Virus record (IMG/VR): IMGVR_UViG_3300033072_000303
Location: 1-64,000 of that record
Source: a virus
Taxonomy: Duplodnaviria > Heunggongvirae > Uroviricota > Caudoviricetes
Length of the DNA: 64,000 nt
Direction: 5' to 3' (one strand)
The notes beneath the pieces were generated by a model. It saw only the letters and a list, made by a program, of their open reading frames with translations. It was not told the origin of the DNA and made no database searches. Made by a program: the position numbers and the translations under genes. This document shows positions 8,850-17,979 of the stretch, one piece after another (position 1 is the first letter of the stretch; every line of letters starts with the position of its first letter).

Positions 8850-9066
8850 AATATTAAGTATACTAGGTGCAGTAACAGGTATTACTGGGGCAATACTATT
8901 AGCGCTACATTTATTTATGGTGTACGCTTATATGCTGTTTTTAATATCGTCTATATCGTGGTTTATAGTCGGGTGGTTATCTAAAAATATATCTCTTATA
9001 TTAATGAACTTAGTATTTTTAGTTATCAACTCTTTAGGAATTTACACATATATGAGGTTAGGATGA
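8821..9066 (+). CDS. Small membrane protein (2-3 TM)
   Basis: Strongly hydrophobic 81 aa. It overlaps the downstream start with ATGA. Confidence 0.4.
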   Translation: MKGNLMLLIKILSILGAVTGITGAILLALHLFMVYAYMLFLISSISWFIVGWLSKNISLILMNLVFLVINSLGIYTYMRLG

Positions 9067-9551
9067 TTAACTCAATACAGACAAATACAATAGAGTGTAT
9101 AGTTGGTAGAACAGAACTTATACATTTGTTAGATAATAAAGAATTAGATGCTAAAGACTTAGTTTTAATATCAATATCTGAACCTGTGCTAGAGCATTAT
9201 GAAGATGAAACTCTACCTGACACTTACGCTAAGATGTTTAAAGGGAGCATCAGATGTAAGTTCTGGGACATTGAAGAGAAAATAGGGAATTATGATGTTA
9301 TTGATGACGAGTTAGCTGAACTATTACAAAAATTTATAGTTAAACATATTAAAAAGAGATTCGTAGTACAATGCAGGGCTGGAGTTAGTAGAAGTGCTGG
9401 GGTAGGTAGAGCTATTGAGTGTATAAAGTATTTTGGAATTGGCGAAGAAGCTAAATACAATTATTTAACGTCGTTTAATTCTGAGATTACACAACACAGT
9501 AGGTATCATCCTAACATGACTGTATTTGATAAACTTGTAAAGGAGTATTAA
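9063..9551 (+). CDS. Dual-specificity/tyrosine protein phosphatase (CX5R family)
   Basis: VVQCRAGVSRSAG matches the HCxAGxxRS(G) P-loop of VH1-like dual-specificity phosphatases. The 162-aa size fits a minimal DSP domain. Confidence 0.55.
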   Translation: MINSIQTNTIECIVGRTELIHLLDNKELDAKDLVLISISEPVLEHYEDETLPDTYAKMFKGSIRCKFWDIEEKIGNYDVIDDELAELLQKFIVKHIKKRFVVQCRAGVSRSAGVGRAIECIKYFGIGEEAKYNYLTSFNSEITQHSRYHPNMTVFDKLVKEY

Positions 9552-9603
9552 TGGAACTTTTATTATTTGTAATTCTAATATACCTAATAGTAAAGTCAAA
9601 TAG

Positions 9604-9792
9604 ATGAAAATAGCAGGAACACCTACTAATAAAGGTAATTATGTATTTTGTAATACTTGTGTGTATCAGCTTAGTACTGGTAAATATCCGTGCAGTAAAT
9701 CACATAGTCAAGTGCGACGAAGTGGTAATGTAAGGTACGAAAGAGATTTCAGAATGTGTGGATTAATAAAGCTAAAGGAATTAAATGAATGA
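9604..9792 (+). CDS. Small Cys-rich protein
   Basis: 62 aa with CNTC...C...C spacing, suggesting a possible zinc ribbon. Confidence 0.3.
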   Translation: MKIAGTPTNKGNYVFCNTCVYQLSTGKYPCSKSHSQVRRSGNVRYERDFRMCGLIKLKELNE

Positions 9793-10063
9793 CATAATAC
9801 AAAATAACGAGGCGTACGAATTTGTAGTCGAATTTGATGATAACTTAGAAAATGATTGGAGTAACAGAATAGAATTTTGTAATAATATAGATGTTACTAA
9901 AACTGTACTATTTTATGAATCCTATAAAAATGTACTAAGATACATAAATGATGATTTTATTGTAGTACTTGAAGATTACAGATACGGGTTTGAAAGAGAA
10001 GCAAATATTGGTGCATTAATACAGAATGTAGATAACGTTAAAATTTATAAAAAAAAAGGATAG
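9785..10063 (+). CDS. Hypothetical acidic protein
   Basis: 92-aa ORF whose 3' end encodes KKKG through an A9 run. Confidence 0.45.
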   Translation: MNDIIQNNEAYEFVVEFDDNLENDWSNRIEFCNNIDVTKTVLFYESYKNVLRYINDDFIVVLEDYRYGFEREANIGALIQNVDNVKIYKKKG

Positions 10064-10066
10064 AAG

Positions 10067-12067
10067 ATGAGTAGTTTTGGAAAATTTGCAGAAGTAGTTA
10101 AAAAACAATTTGATAGTATGACTTCAGGTGAGTTGTTTGTAGTTGATATTCCTAGGGACACTTTATGGGATTTGTATATGGCAGCATTCCCAGCTGGGAC
10201 AAATGAGATTTTTAAAGAAAGAAGAGAGTACGATTGTCAGACTTGTAGACAGTTTATAAAAAATATAGCTGGTGTTGTTACTATTAAAGATAATAAGTTA
10301 GTTTCTATCTGGGATGTTAAAGCCGAAGGTTATTACCAAGTTGTTGCTAACTTTATGGCTGAAAAAGTTAAAGCTAGTACTATTAAAACAAAATTTATGC
10401 ACAATGAGGCGGTATTTGGTAAAGCCCAAAATGTGCAAGTTTTAGAAGATAACACAACTTTAGTATTTAACCACTTTAATTGTATAGTTCCTAGTAATCT
10501 AGTAAGCAGAGATTACAGAACCATTTTATCAGAAGTAGAGGGTACTAAACAAGTATTCCAAAGAGGTTTAAATGAAATTACAATTGATGCACTTGAAACT
10601 ACTCTTGAATTAATTGCTCAAAACTCATTATACAGAGGTGCTGAGTTTAAAGATACTATTAGTGATTTTTTAAGTAGTAAGAAAAAATATATTAATCTAA
10701 CAGTACAAGAACAAGACATATTTGTATGGTCTAATCTTAAATCTAGAGGCGCTAGAATCAGGAATACTGCTATTGGTACGTTGCTTCAAGATTTATCTGA
10801 GGGAAGAGATTTAGAAAGCGCTGTGAAAGCCTTTGAAAGTGTTGTTGCACCTAGTAACTATAAAAGACCCACAGCGTTAGTAACTAAAACTATGATTGAC
10901 AGAGCATTAAAAACTATTGATGAATTAGGTATCGAGGATGCTTTATATAGAAGACACGCAAAAATTGAAGATGTTTCTGTAACTGACGTATTGTATGCCG
11001 ATAAAGCATCAGCTAAAGTTATGAAGAACTCGGTTGCTGACTTATTAAACTCAGAGGTTAAAGTAACTGAAAAGTCTCTAGGTAAAGTTGAAGAGATAAC
11101 TATAGATGACTTTATTACTAATGTATTACCTACTGTAACATCTTTAGAGTTATTATTAGAAAATAAGCACAACTCTAATTTATGTAACTTAATTGCTCCT
11201 GTTGATGAAAGTGCTAAGAGTATCCTTAAATGGGATTCAAACTTCTCTTGGTCATATAATGGTAATATTACAGACTCTATGAAGCAAAATGTTAAAAATG
11301 CTGGAGGGAACGTTGAGGGTGTATTAAGATTTAGTATCCAATGGAATGATAACAATGACAATAGAAATGACCTAGACGCTCATTGTATTGAACCAGACAC
11401 TTACGAAATTTATTGTGGTAATAAACGTACAAAATCTCCATCTTATGGTATGCTAGATGTTGATATTATAACTCCAGGGTCAAAAGTAGCAGTAGAAAAC
11501 ATTATATATACTGAAAAAAGTAAAATGAAAGAAGGAACATATCAGTTTTTTGTTAGAAATTTCTCAGGAACGTCTGGTAGAAATTTCACAGCTGAAATTG
11601 AATTCGATGGAGTTATACACTCTTACTCTTATGAGGGTTTAACAAAAGGTAATATGTATGTAGCTGAAGTTACTTATAGTAAAGCTAAAGGATTTAGTAT
11701 TAAGCATAAAATGCCTACTAGTACTTCTTCTAAAGAGATTTATGGGCTTAAATCACAACAATTCCATAAAGTGCAATTAGTTACTTTATCACCTAACTTC
11801 TGGGGCAATAACGAAGTTGGGAATAAGCATTATATGTTTATGTTAGAGGGTTGCAAAAACCCTGAAAAAGTGAGAGGGTTCTATAATGAGTTCTTAAGTA
11901 ATGATTTAGCAGAACACAGAAAAGTGTTTGAAATGTTGGCTTCTAAAATGGAGTGTGAACATAGTGACGAGCAATTAGCTGGACTAGGCTTCAGTTCTAC
12001 TCAAAGAAATGACGTTACAGTAAAAGTTAAAGGTGCGTTTACAAGAACGCTTAAAATTAAGTTCTAA
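10067..12067 (+). CDS. Large hypothetical protein (666 aa)
   Basis: RBS AAGGATAG. Long ORF with globular composition. No catalytic motif recognised by eye. Confidence 0.55.
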   Translation: MSSFGKFAEVVKKQFDSMTSGELFVVDIPRDTLWDLYMAAFPAGTNEIFKERREYDCQTCRQFIKNIAGVVTIKDNKLVSIWDVKAEGYYQVVANFMAEKVKASTIKTKFMHNEAVFGKAQNVQVLEDNTTLVFNHFNCIVPSNLVSRDYRTILSEVEGTKQVFQRGLNEITIDALETTLELIAQNSLYRGAEFKDTISDFLSSKKKYINLTVQEQDIFVWSNLKSRGARIRNTAIGTLLQDLSEGRDLESAVKAFESVVAPSNYKRPTALVTKTMIDRALKTIDELGIEDALYRRHAKIEDVSVTDVLYADKASAKVMKNSVADLLNSEVKVTEKSLGKVEEITIDDFITNVLPTVTSLELLLENKHNSNLCNLIAPVDESAKSILKWDSNFSWSYNGNITDSMKQNVKNAGGNVEGVLRFSIQWNDNNDNRNDLDAHCIEPDTYEIYCGNKRTKSPSYGMLDVDIITPGSKVAVENIIYTEKSKMKEGTYQFFVRNFSGTSGRNFTAEIEFDGVIHSYSYEGLTKGNMYVAEVTYSKAKGFSIKHKMPTSTSSKEIYGLKSQQFHKVQLVTLSPNFWGNNEVGNKHYMFMLEGCKNPEKVRGFYNEFLSNDLAEHRKVFEMLASKMECEHSDEQLAGLGFSSTQRNDVTVKVKGAFTRTLKIKF

Positions 12068-12084
12068 TGAATAAAAATAAACTA

Positions 12085-12117
12085 GAGGGCTTATTGTAGC
12101 CCTCGTGCTTATTTTTA
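12085..12117 (+). terminator. Rho-independent terminator
   Basis: GAGGGC (12085-12090), loop TTATTGTA, GCCCTC (12099-12104), then GTGCTTATTTTTAT. Confidence 0.55.
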
Positions 12118-12242
12118 TCTCACTAAGCCTTACCCGTCGCCAGACATTAATGAAATGACCTACTCAAGGAAGTTTCATTAGAGTTAATATACTTGTATGT
12201 GTATATTGATTCTACTGAAATTTAAAAAAAAAAGGATTAAAA

Positions 12243-12623
12243 ATGTTTGAAAAAGCTGCAAGATTAAAAGTACGATTTACTACACAAAATGGTGTATTAT
12301 CTGTTGAAGACTTATGGGATTTACCTCTTGAGTCTAAAGTTAAAGCCAATCTAAACACTATTGCTATTGGTTTAAATAAAGAAATTAAAGAATCTGGTGA
12401 AGAGTCATTTGTTGGGACTAGTAAAGCTAATCCTGTTACTTTACTTAAATTTGAGATTGTTAAACATATTATTGCTGTTAGATTAGCTGAAGCTGATGAA
12501 AAAGCTAAAGCAAGAGCAAAAGCAGAACAAAAAGAAACAATAGGTAGGTTAATTGCTGAAAAAGAGCAAGAGGGTCTAAAATCGCTATCTCTAGATGATT
12601 TAAAAAAGTTATACAATGCGTAG
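12243..12623 (+). CDS. Hypothetical protein
   Basis: An A10 run and AGGATTAAAA precede the ATG. 126 aa, K/E-rich. Ends with TAG. Confidence 0.5.
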   Translation: MFEKAARLKVRFTTQNGVLSVEDLWDLPLESKVKANLNTIAIGLNKEIKESGEESFVGTSKANPVTLLKFEIVKHIIAVRLAEADEKAKARAKAEQKETIGRLIAEKEQEGLKSLSLDDLKKLYNA

Positions 12624-12837
12624 TTTATCGTTTAGTGACTATCTAGACTTAGACAGCACATTAAAGTATCAAGATGAGTTAGAAGAAGCTTTTGATTTAC
12701 TTGGTCTTGATGTGCATAGGCACTTTCATATGAGTAAAGAAGAATTTATTCACGAAAAGCTTGAAGAGAAGTATGTAGCGTCATACGAAGACGCTGTAGA
12801 TAGAGCATATGAAGAGCATAGAGAAAGGAATATATAA
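12616..12837 (+). CDS. Hypothetical acidic protein
   Basis: 73 aa. Overlaps the upstream and downstream genes. Confidence 0.45.
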   Translation: MRSLSFSDYLDLDSTLKYQDELEEAFDLLGLDVHRHFHMSKEEFIHEKLEEKYVASYEDAVDRAYEEHRERNI

Positions 12838-13217
12838 TGGGATATATTAGAAAATTGCCAGGAGTCGACGGTGGATTTATTGAGAGTATAGGCAACCTTG
12901 AGATTGCTTACTTAACGTGGGGAGAGCCAGAAACATCTCCAGTATGCAGACCTGTTAAAGATTTAGCTCCAAATTAGAGAGCGTTTACAAAAGCAATTGG
13001 TGCTTTTAAAGTTGATGGGAGTGCTTGGGTAGTACGTCAAGCTACTTTTGGTAATTATCATGTGCCTGCAAATCTTGTTGCTAAGTTTGCTCCTGTTAAG
13101 CGAAGAGTACCTTTAGATGTATTCAACTATATGTTTGCTGATGCTTATATTAGAGCCTTGCAAGTAGAATCTGAGAATATTATAAATAAATTAGATAACG
13201 GGGAGACTATATGTTAG
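12837..13217 (+). pseudogene. 126-codon frame interrupted by a single in-frame TAG (pseudogene, readthrough candidate or sequencing error)
   Basis: The ATG at 12837 overlaps the upstream stop (TAATG). A TAG lies at 12975-12977. The same frame stays open for 79 more codons to the TAG at 13215-13217, which overlaps the next gene's ATG at 13211. Confidence 0.35.
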
Positions 13218-13432
13218 CAGTATTGATATACCTACTTGGAGTAATGTGTGTATTTATGATAATCTATTCATTTAATAAATCTAGTTCAGCTTACTATTAT
13301 AAATACGATTTATATGAGACAGGAATTGGGGCTGTATTAAGTTGGGTAGCAGTAATAGTGCTATTACTATTAATATTTGAAGCTAAATACAAATTTTTTG
13401 AGTCTTTAAATGATAAGTTTAAAGGAGAATAA
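13211..13432 (+). CDS. Small membrane protein
   Basis: 73 aa with two hydrophobic helices. Confidence 0.4.
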   Translation: MLAVLIYLLGVMCVFMIIYSFNKSSSAYYYKYDLYETGIGAVLSWVAVIVLLLLIFEAKYKFFESLNDKFKGE

Positions 13433-15523
13433 ATGATATTAGAAAAAGACTTACACGATGTTGAAAGTATAGGTTTTGCTAGTACTAAAGTTGCTGAAAT
13501 AAAAGCTACACCTCAAATGCTAAGAATGCTTAGCTCTGGTATATACTCTGATAAGATAGCAGCCTTTATAAGAGAACTTAGTACAAATGCTTATGATGCA
13601 ATGGTAGAAAATGGTACAATAAGGGACAAAACATTTTATGTTCATTTGCCAACAAAACTTGAGCCTTGGTATTCAATTAGAGATTACGGTAATGGGCTAA
13701 GTAGTACTGGTATGGAAACTAATTTCTCTAATTTTGGTGATGGTACAAAAGCTGAGTCAAACGCTTATAACGGTGCATTTGGGTTAGGTTCTAAGTCACC
13801 TTTAAGCTACGTTAGAGATTTTACAATAACAAGTTATCATAAAGGTACTAAAACATTTTACAACTACGGTAAAAATGATGAAGATGTACCTATGCTTAGT
13901 ACCGCGTATAGTATACCATCAGATGAACCATCTGGATTAGAAATACAAATTGCTATACAGCAAAATGACATACCAGAAGTACTAAGAAAAGCTGAGTTAG
14001 TTTATAGGTACTTTGATAAAAAGCCCGATACAAATGTAACTATAGAGTATCATAAACTTGAAAAAATCCTTTCAGGTGATGATTGGTTTTTAACTACAGG
14101 TGATAAAACTGGTAGCTACGTTTCCACAAGTACCCCTACTAGAGTAGTTATGGGGAACGTAGCTTATCCTATTACTGGTGCTAGTGGTAACATAGCATCG
14201 CTTAACTACACTCCATTAGTTATAATTGCTAATATCGGTGACGTTCAGATGACTCCGTCAAGAGAGTCATTAGAGATGACACCTAAAACTATTAAGTTTC
14301 TTGAAGATAAGTTTAAAGTCATTAAATCAGAGTTATCAACTAATATAGAAAAGACCATAGACCCTGCTTTATCTGGCTTTGATAAAGTTATAAAAGGTAT
14401 TGAAGCATTAAAGGCACTGCCGTCAACTATTAAAACGAACGTAAAAATAGGTGAATATGAGATTCCAACATCAATGTGGCAAAGTATATTTAAGATACCG
14501 AAAGATATTGTTGATTTAGTGTCTTTTAGAATACTGTGTAAAAATCCTGGGTATAGTGATAAGAAAAACTTATTGGTATCCGAAGAGTGGAGACCAAAAG
14601 AAACTAATGACTACAGCTTTTTAGTAGTGGATGACAACAAGCGTGTTGATAGTATTATAGCAGACTTAAAAGATAAGTATAAATATGTGTATGTACTTAG
14701 ATTTAGTAAAATGCCGCCTGCAGAAAAGCTTGCTACATTAGATAAATTCTTAAAATCTTGTGGTAATCCTAAATACATTAAAGCTTCGGATTACATAGCT
14801 ACCTTACCACCTTTGGTTAAAAAACCTAAGGGTACTACCACAAGTACTACTAAGCGTGTAATTGGACTAATAAAAGGGACTGAGCTACGAGTAGGACCTC
14901 AGTATCACGGACTTTGTAGTATAGCCTCTATAGTAATTCACCCTGATGATAAAGGACCGTTTTACTATGTTAAAACTTACAATGGTGAACTGCTAGACCA
15001 TAAGGGTAATAAGCTTTGGGGTTTAACTGGTATTCTATGTAATATCATTCAGAAATTTACTGATAGTCTAGGTAAAAAAGATATAACTATATTATCAGTA
15101 ACTTCACAGTACTACAATAAGGTTGAAAAAGACCCTAGATTTGAGTGTTTATTTAAAACTATTACAGATACTAAGCTTAAAATATCTTGGTTGACAGATA
15201 AAGAATCAATGGACTTTTTAAGTAAAATATCATTTAATAGTAATATTAAAAAGTATGTATCAGCTGAAAAAAGTCCAGACTTAGTAGAGTTACTTAAACT
15301 AAAAGACGAGTATGTATATAATAACTATAAATCTAGTTATGAGTACTTAAATTGTGAAATAATTCCAGCTCAGCCAGTTGATGTTGATAAGCATAAGGAT
15401 AAAGTAGAAAAATATTTGTACTTAAACCATTTATCACACACAGCTCCAGCTGAGTTAGTTGAGTTTATAATAGACCTTATAGAAGATAATAAATTAAATT
15501 TAATACCAAAGGATAAAAAATGA
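13433..15523 (+). CDS. GHKL (Bergerat-fold, Hsp90/MORC-like) ATPase domain protein
   Basis: N-box ELSTNAYDA, G1 box DYGNG and G2 box GAFGLGSKS appear in Hsp90-like order and spacing. The remaining ~450 aa are unassigned. Confidence 0.55.
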   Translation: MILEKDLHDVESIGFASTKVAEIKATPQMLRMLSSGIYSDKIAAFIRELSTNAYDAMVENGTIRDKTFYVHLPTKLEPWYSIRDYGNGLSSTGMETNFSNFGDGTKAESNAYNGAFGLGSKSPLSYVRDFTITSYHKGTKTFYNYGKNDEDVPMLSTAYSIPSDEPSGLEIQIAIQQNDIPEVLRKAELVYRYFDKKPDTNVTIEYHKLEKILSGDDWFLTTGDKTGSYVSTSTPTRVVMGNVAYPITGASGNIASLNYTPLVIIANIGDVQMTPSRESLEMTPKTIKFLEDKFKVIKSELSTNIEKTIDPALSGFDKVIKGIEALKALPSTIKTNVKIGEYEIPTSMWQSIFKIPKDIVDLVSFRILCKNPGYSDKKNLLVSEEWRPKETNDYSFLVVDDNKRVDSIIADLKDKYKYVYVLRFSKMPPAEKLATLDKFLKSCGNPKYIKASDYIATLPPLVKKPKGTTTSTTKRVIGLIKGTELRVGPQYHGLCSIASIVIHPDDKGPFYYVKTYNGELLDHKGNKLWGLTGILCNIIQKFTDSLGKKDITILSVTSQYYNKVEKDPRFECLFKTITDTKLKISWLTDKESMDFLSKISFNSNIKKYVSAEKSPDLVELLKLKDEYVYNNYKSSYEYLNCEIIPAQPVDVDKHKDKVEKYLYLNHLSHTAPAELVEFIIDLIEDNKLNLIPKDKK

Positions 15524-16500
15524 TTAAAGTAAAAGTTGGTGACACAGTTACGCTTAAAGACAATTTGTATGATACTTCGCGTGTGTTCTGTACTAAAAAG
15601 ATGAAAAAATTTGCAGGAGGCACTGTAAAAGTAACCTTTGCAGATTGTGATGGTTGTTTCTTAATCAATGGTTGTGAAGACTATTTTGATTCTGAACATA
15701 TTCTACAAAAACACAAGACGGTTAAAACTGTGAAAAAACCTGAACCAAAAGCGGTTAAAAAACCTGAAACACAGTTTGCTATGATTAGGACTGCAGAAGG
15801 TATTACTGTAATTATAGACTCGGTACCTTATATTGTAAGTAATTCACACGTTAACTATGATAAAATAGTATTATCTATAAAAGAAAAAGAATATCATAAA
15901 ATTCATGATTTAGTAAATATTAGTAAATCAATAGAGTCTTTTGGAGGTGCTAGGTTAGAAGTTAAACAAGGCGTTGTAAAATTTGATGGTAAAGAGCTGC
16001 ACGGATGTATAGTTGATAGTATATTGTCATTAATGAGGGATGGGTTTGATATTAGACCTATTGAAGCGTTTTTAGAAAACTTAAGCCTAAATCCTTCACA
16101 TAGAGCTGTGACTGAATTATATGGTTTCTTAGAATACGGTAAACTACCTATAACTGAAGACGGGTGTTTCTTAACCTACAAAAAAGTTAGAAGAGACTTT
16201 AAAGACATTCATTCTGGTACGTTTGACAACTCTGTAGGTAAAGTTTGTGAGATGCCAAGAAACAAAGTTGATGATGTTTCTACAAATACCTGCTCTACAG
16301 GTCTTCACGTTTGTAGTTATGAGTACACTAAGTCATTTGGTGGACCAGACTCTAGACTTGTTTTATGTAAAGTAAACCCAAGAGATGTTGTATCTATTCC
16401 AGTAGATTATAATAATACTAAAATGAGATGTTGTAGATACGAAGTTGTTGCAGATATCACTGGACAAGGTGATGTATTAAAAGGTAAATCATTATATTAA
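15520..16500 (+). CDS. Hypothetical protein (Cys-rich, 326 aa)
   Basis: Translationally coupled to the GHKL gene through an ATGA overlap. No motif assigned. Confidence 0.5.
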   Translation: MIKVKVGDTVTLKDNLYDTSRVFCTKKMKKFAGGTVKVTFADCDGCFLINGCEDYFDSEHILQKHKTVKTVKKPEPKAVKKPETQFAMIRTAEGITVIIDSVPYIVSNSHVNYDKIVLSIKEKEYHKIHDLVNISKSIESFGGARLEVKQGVVKFDGKELHGCIVDSILSLMRDGFDIRPIEAFLENLSLNPSHRAVTELYGFLEYGKLPITEDGCFLTYKKVRRDFKDIHSGTFDNSVGKVCEMPRNKVDDVSTNTCSTGLHVCSYEYTKSFGGPDSRLVLCKVNPRDVVSIPVDYNNTKMRCCRYEVVADITGQGDVLKGKSLY

Positions 16501-16509
16501 AGGATGTAA

Positions 16510-17622
16510 ATGCGTAAATTAGTTACAATTAGGACAGTTGATAGGTTAATTCCTATCAACGGTTGTGATAATATTTGCTTGGCTGTTATAGATGGTTGGC
16601 AAGTTATCGTTAAGAAAACAGAATTTGTAGTTGGTGATTCTTGTTTATTTTTTGAGATTGATAGTTTTATCCCAGTAAAAGATACGAGATTTCAGTTCTT
16701 AAACAAAGTTACTAAGTTTAATGGTTTTGAAGGTTACAGAATTAAAACCTTAAAAATGAGAGGCGTTTTATCTCAGGGGTTAGCACTACCATTAACTATG
16801 TTTCCAGAGATACAAAATTTCTTTTTGGAAGACTATAGCGAAGCCTTAGGTGTTGTTAAATATGATAATGCAGTTGCTGAGGCTAAAGGTGGACCTAAAG
16901 CTGGTAATTCAGCTGGTAAGTTTCCATCATTTATTCCTAAGACAGACCAAGAAAGGGTACAGAACTTAACATCATACTTTACTACGATGAAGGATGAAGT
17001 ATTTGAAGAGACTTTAAAACTAGATGGCTCTAGTTTAACTTGTTTTACAATGCCAAGACCTAGAACGTGGTTTCAAAAATTACTAAATAAAATAGGGATA
17101 AGAACTGAAATCAAACAAGAGTTTAGAGTTTGTTCTAGAAACCTAGAAATTAAAGAACCACAAAAAGAAGATGAACCTAAAACTTATGATAATAATGGCA
17201 GACCAACCACTGTAAAACAAAGTGATTACTGGACGGTTGTTAAAAAATATAACCTACACAAAAAGATTCCTTTAGGTTTTGCAGTGCAAGGTGAAATGAT
17301 TGGTCCTAAAATTCAAGCTAATCACGAGAAAGTGCACGACCTCGAGTTTTATGCTTTTGACGTGTATGATATAGGTGAATCAAAATACTTGTTACCTCAC
17401 GAAAGAAGAGAGTTTTGTGCTACTTATGATATTCCTCATGTACCTGTTGTTTCGCAAGGAATAAAACCATTTAATATGAGTTTAGAAGAACTTTTAACTC
17501 ACGTTGAAGGAGAGTCTATGAATGCTGGAACAATTTCTGAGGGTAGAGTGTATAAACATATATATAAAGACATCAGTTTTAAAGTTATTAGCAATAGTTA
17601 TTTATTAAAATCAGAAAGGTAA
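16510..17622 (+). CDS. RNA ligase (Rnl, DRB0094/Rnl5-like family)
   Basis: The N-terminus MRKLVTIRTVDRLIPINGCDNICLAVIDGWQVIVKKTEFVVGD..FFEIDSFIP is typical of PF09414-type RNA ligases. Nucleotidyltransferase motif I is present as KLDGSS. Confidence 0.6.
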   Translation: MRKLVTIRTVDRLIPINGCDNICLAVIDGWQVIVKKTEFVVGDSCLFFEIDSFIPVKDTRFQFLNKVTKFNGFEGYRIKTLKMRGVLSQGLALPLTMFPEIQNFFLEDYSEALGVVKYDNAVAEAKGGPKAGNSAGKFPSFIPKTDQERVQNLTSYFTTMKDEVFEETLKLDGSSLTCFTMPRPRTWFQKLLNKIGIRTEIKQEFRVCSRNLEIKEPQKEDEPKTYDNNGRPTTVKQSDYWTVVKKYNLHKKIPLGFAVQGEMIGPKIQANHEKVHDLEFYAFDVYDIGESKYLLPHERREFCATYDIPHVPVVSQGIKPFNMSLEELLTHVEGESMNAGTISEGRVYKHIYKDISFKVISNSYLLKSER

Positions 17623-17625
17623 AAT

Positions 17626-17916
17626 ATGAGAACAAATAAAGTTAAAGTTTTAGATAGAACAAAAGTTCAAGAAGTTATTAAAGAGAACAAAGGGAAATTC
17701 TTTAGTGCTGTGTTCACAAAGGTAGACAATACTGAAAGAATGATTCACGGTAGAACAGGTGTTAAAAAATACCTAAAAGGTGGTAAAAATAACGTACAAA
17801 AACCTAGTAATTCTTTACTTAGTATTTGGGATAGAAGGGCTGAGGATTACAGAAGCTTGAATATCAAGACGATGTCTAGCTTAACGTTAAGAGGTGTAAA
17901 GTATAGAATTGTATAA
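17626..17916 (+). CDS. Hypothetical basic protein
   Basis: 96 aa, coupled to the RNA ligase gene. Confidence 0.45.
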   Translation: MRTNKVKVLDRTKVQEVIKENKGKFFSAVFTKVDNTERMIHGRTGVKKYLKGGKNNVQKPSNSLLSIWDRRAEDYRSLNIKTMSSLTLRGVKYRIV

Positions 17917-17931
17917 TATACCTTAAATTAT

Positions 17932-17953
17932 GCTTAAATTATGGTATTTAAGC
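17932..17953 (+). terminator. AT-rich hairpin (weak terminator)
   Basis: GCTTAAAT, loop tatggt, ATTTAAGC, then ATATATT. Confidence 0.3.
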
Positions 17954-17979
17954 ATATATTAAGTTAAAGTACATTTCCT

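Noticed and set aside
10858-11361. Long antisense ORFs inside + strand genes (10858..11361, 12212..12616, 26277..26909, 45976..46728, 51254..51601 and others)
   Set aside because: They are shadow ORFs opposite strong coding frames. They have no RBS, and their Ser/Leu-rich low-complexity products are typical of antisense reading of AT-rich genes.
12975-12977. Genome-wide amber (TAG) reassignment as the explanation for the in-frame TAG
   Set aside because: TAG terminates other well-supported genes at 12621-12623 and 39209-39211, in phase with downstream starts. Recoding of all TAG codons is therefore unlikely.
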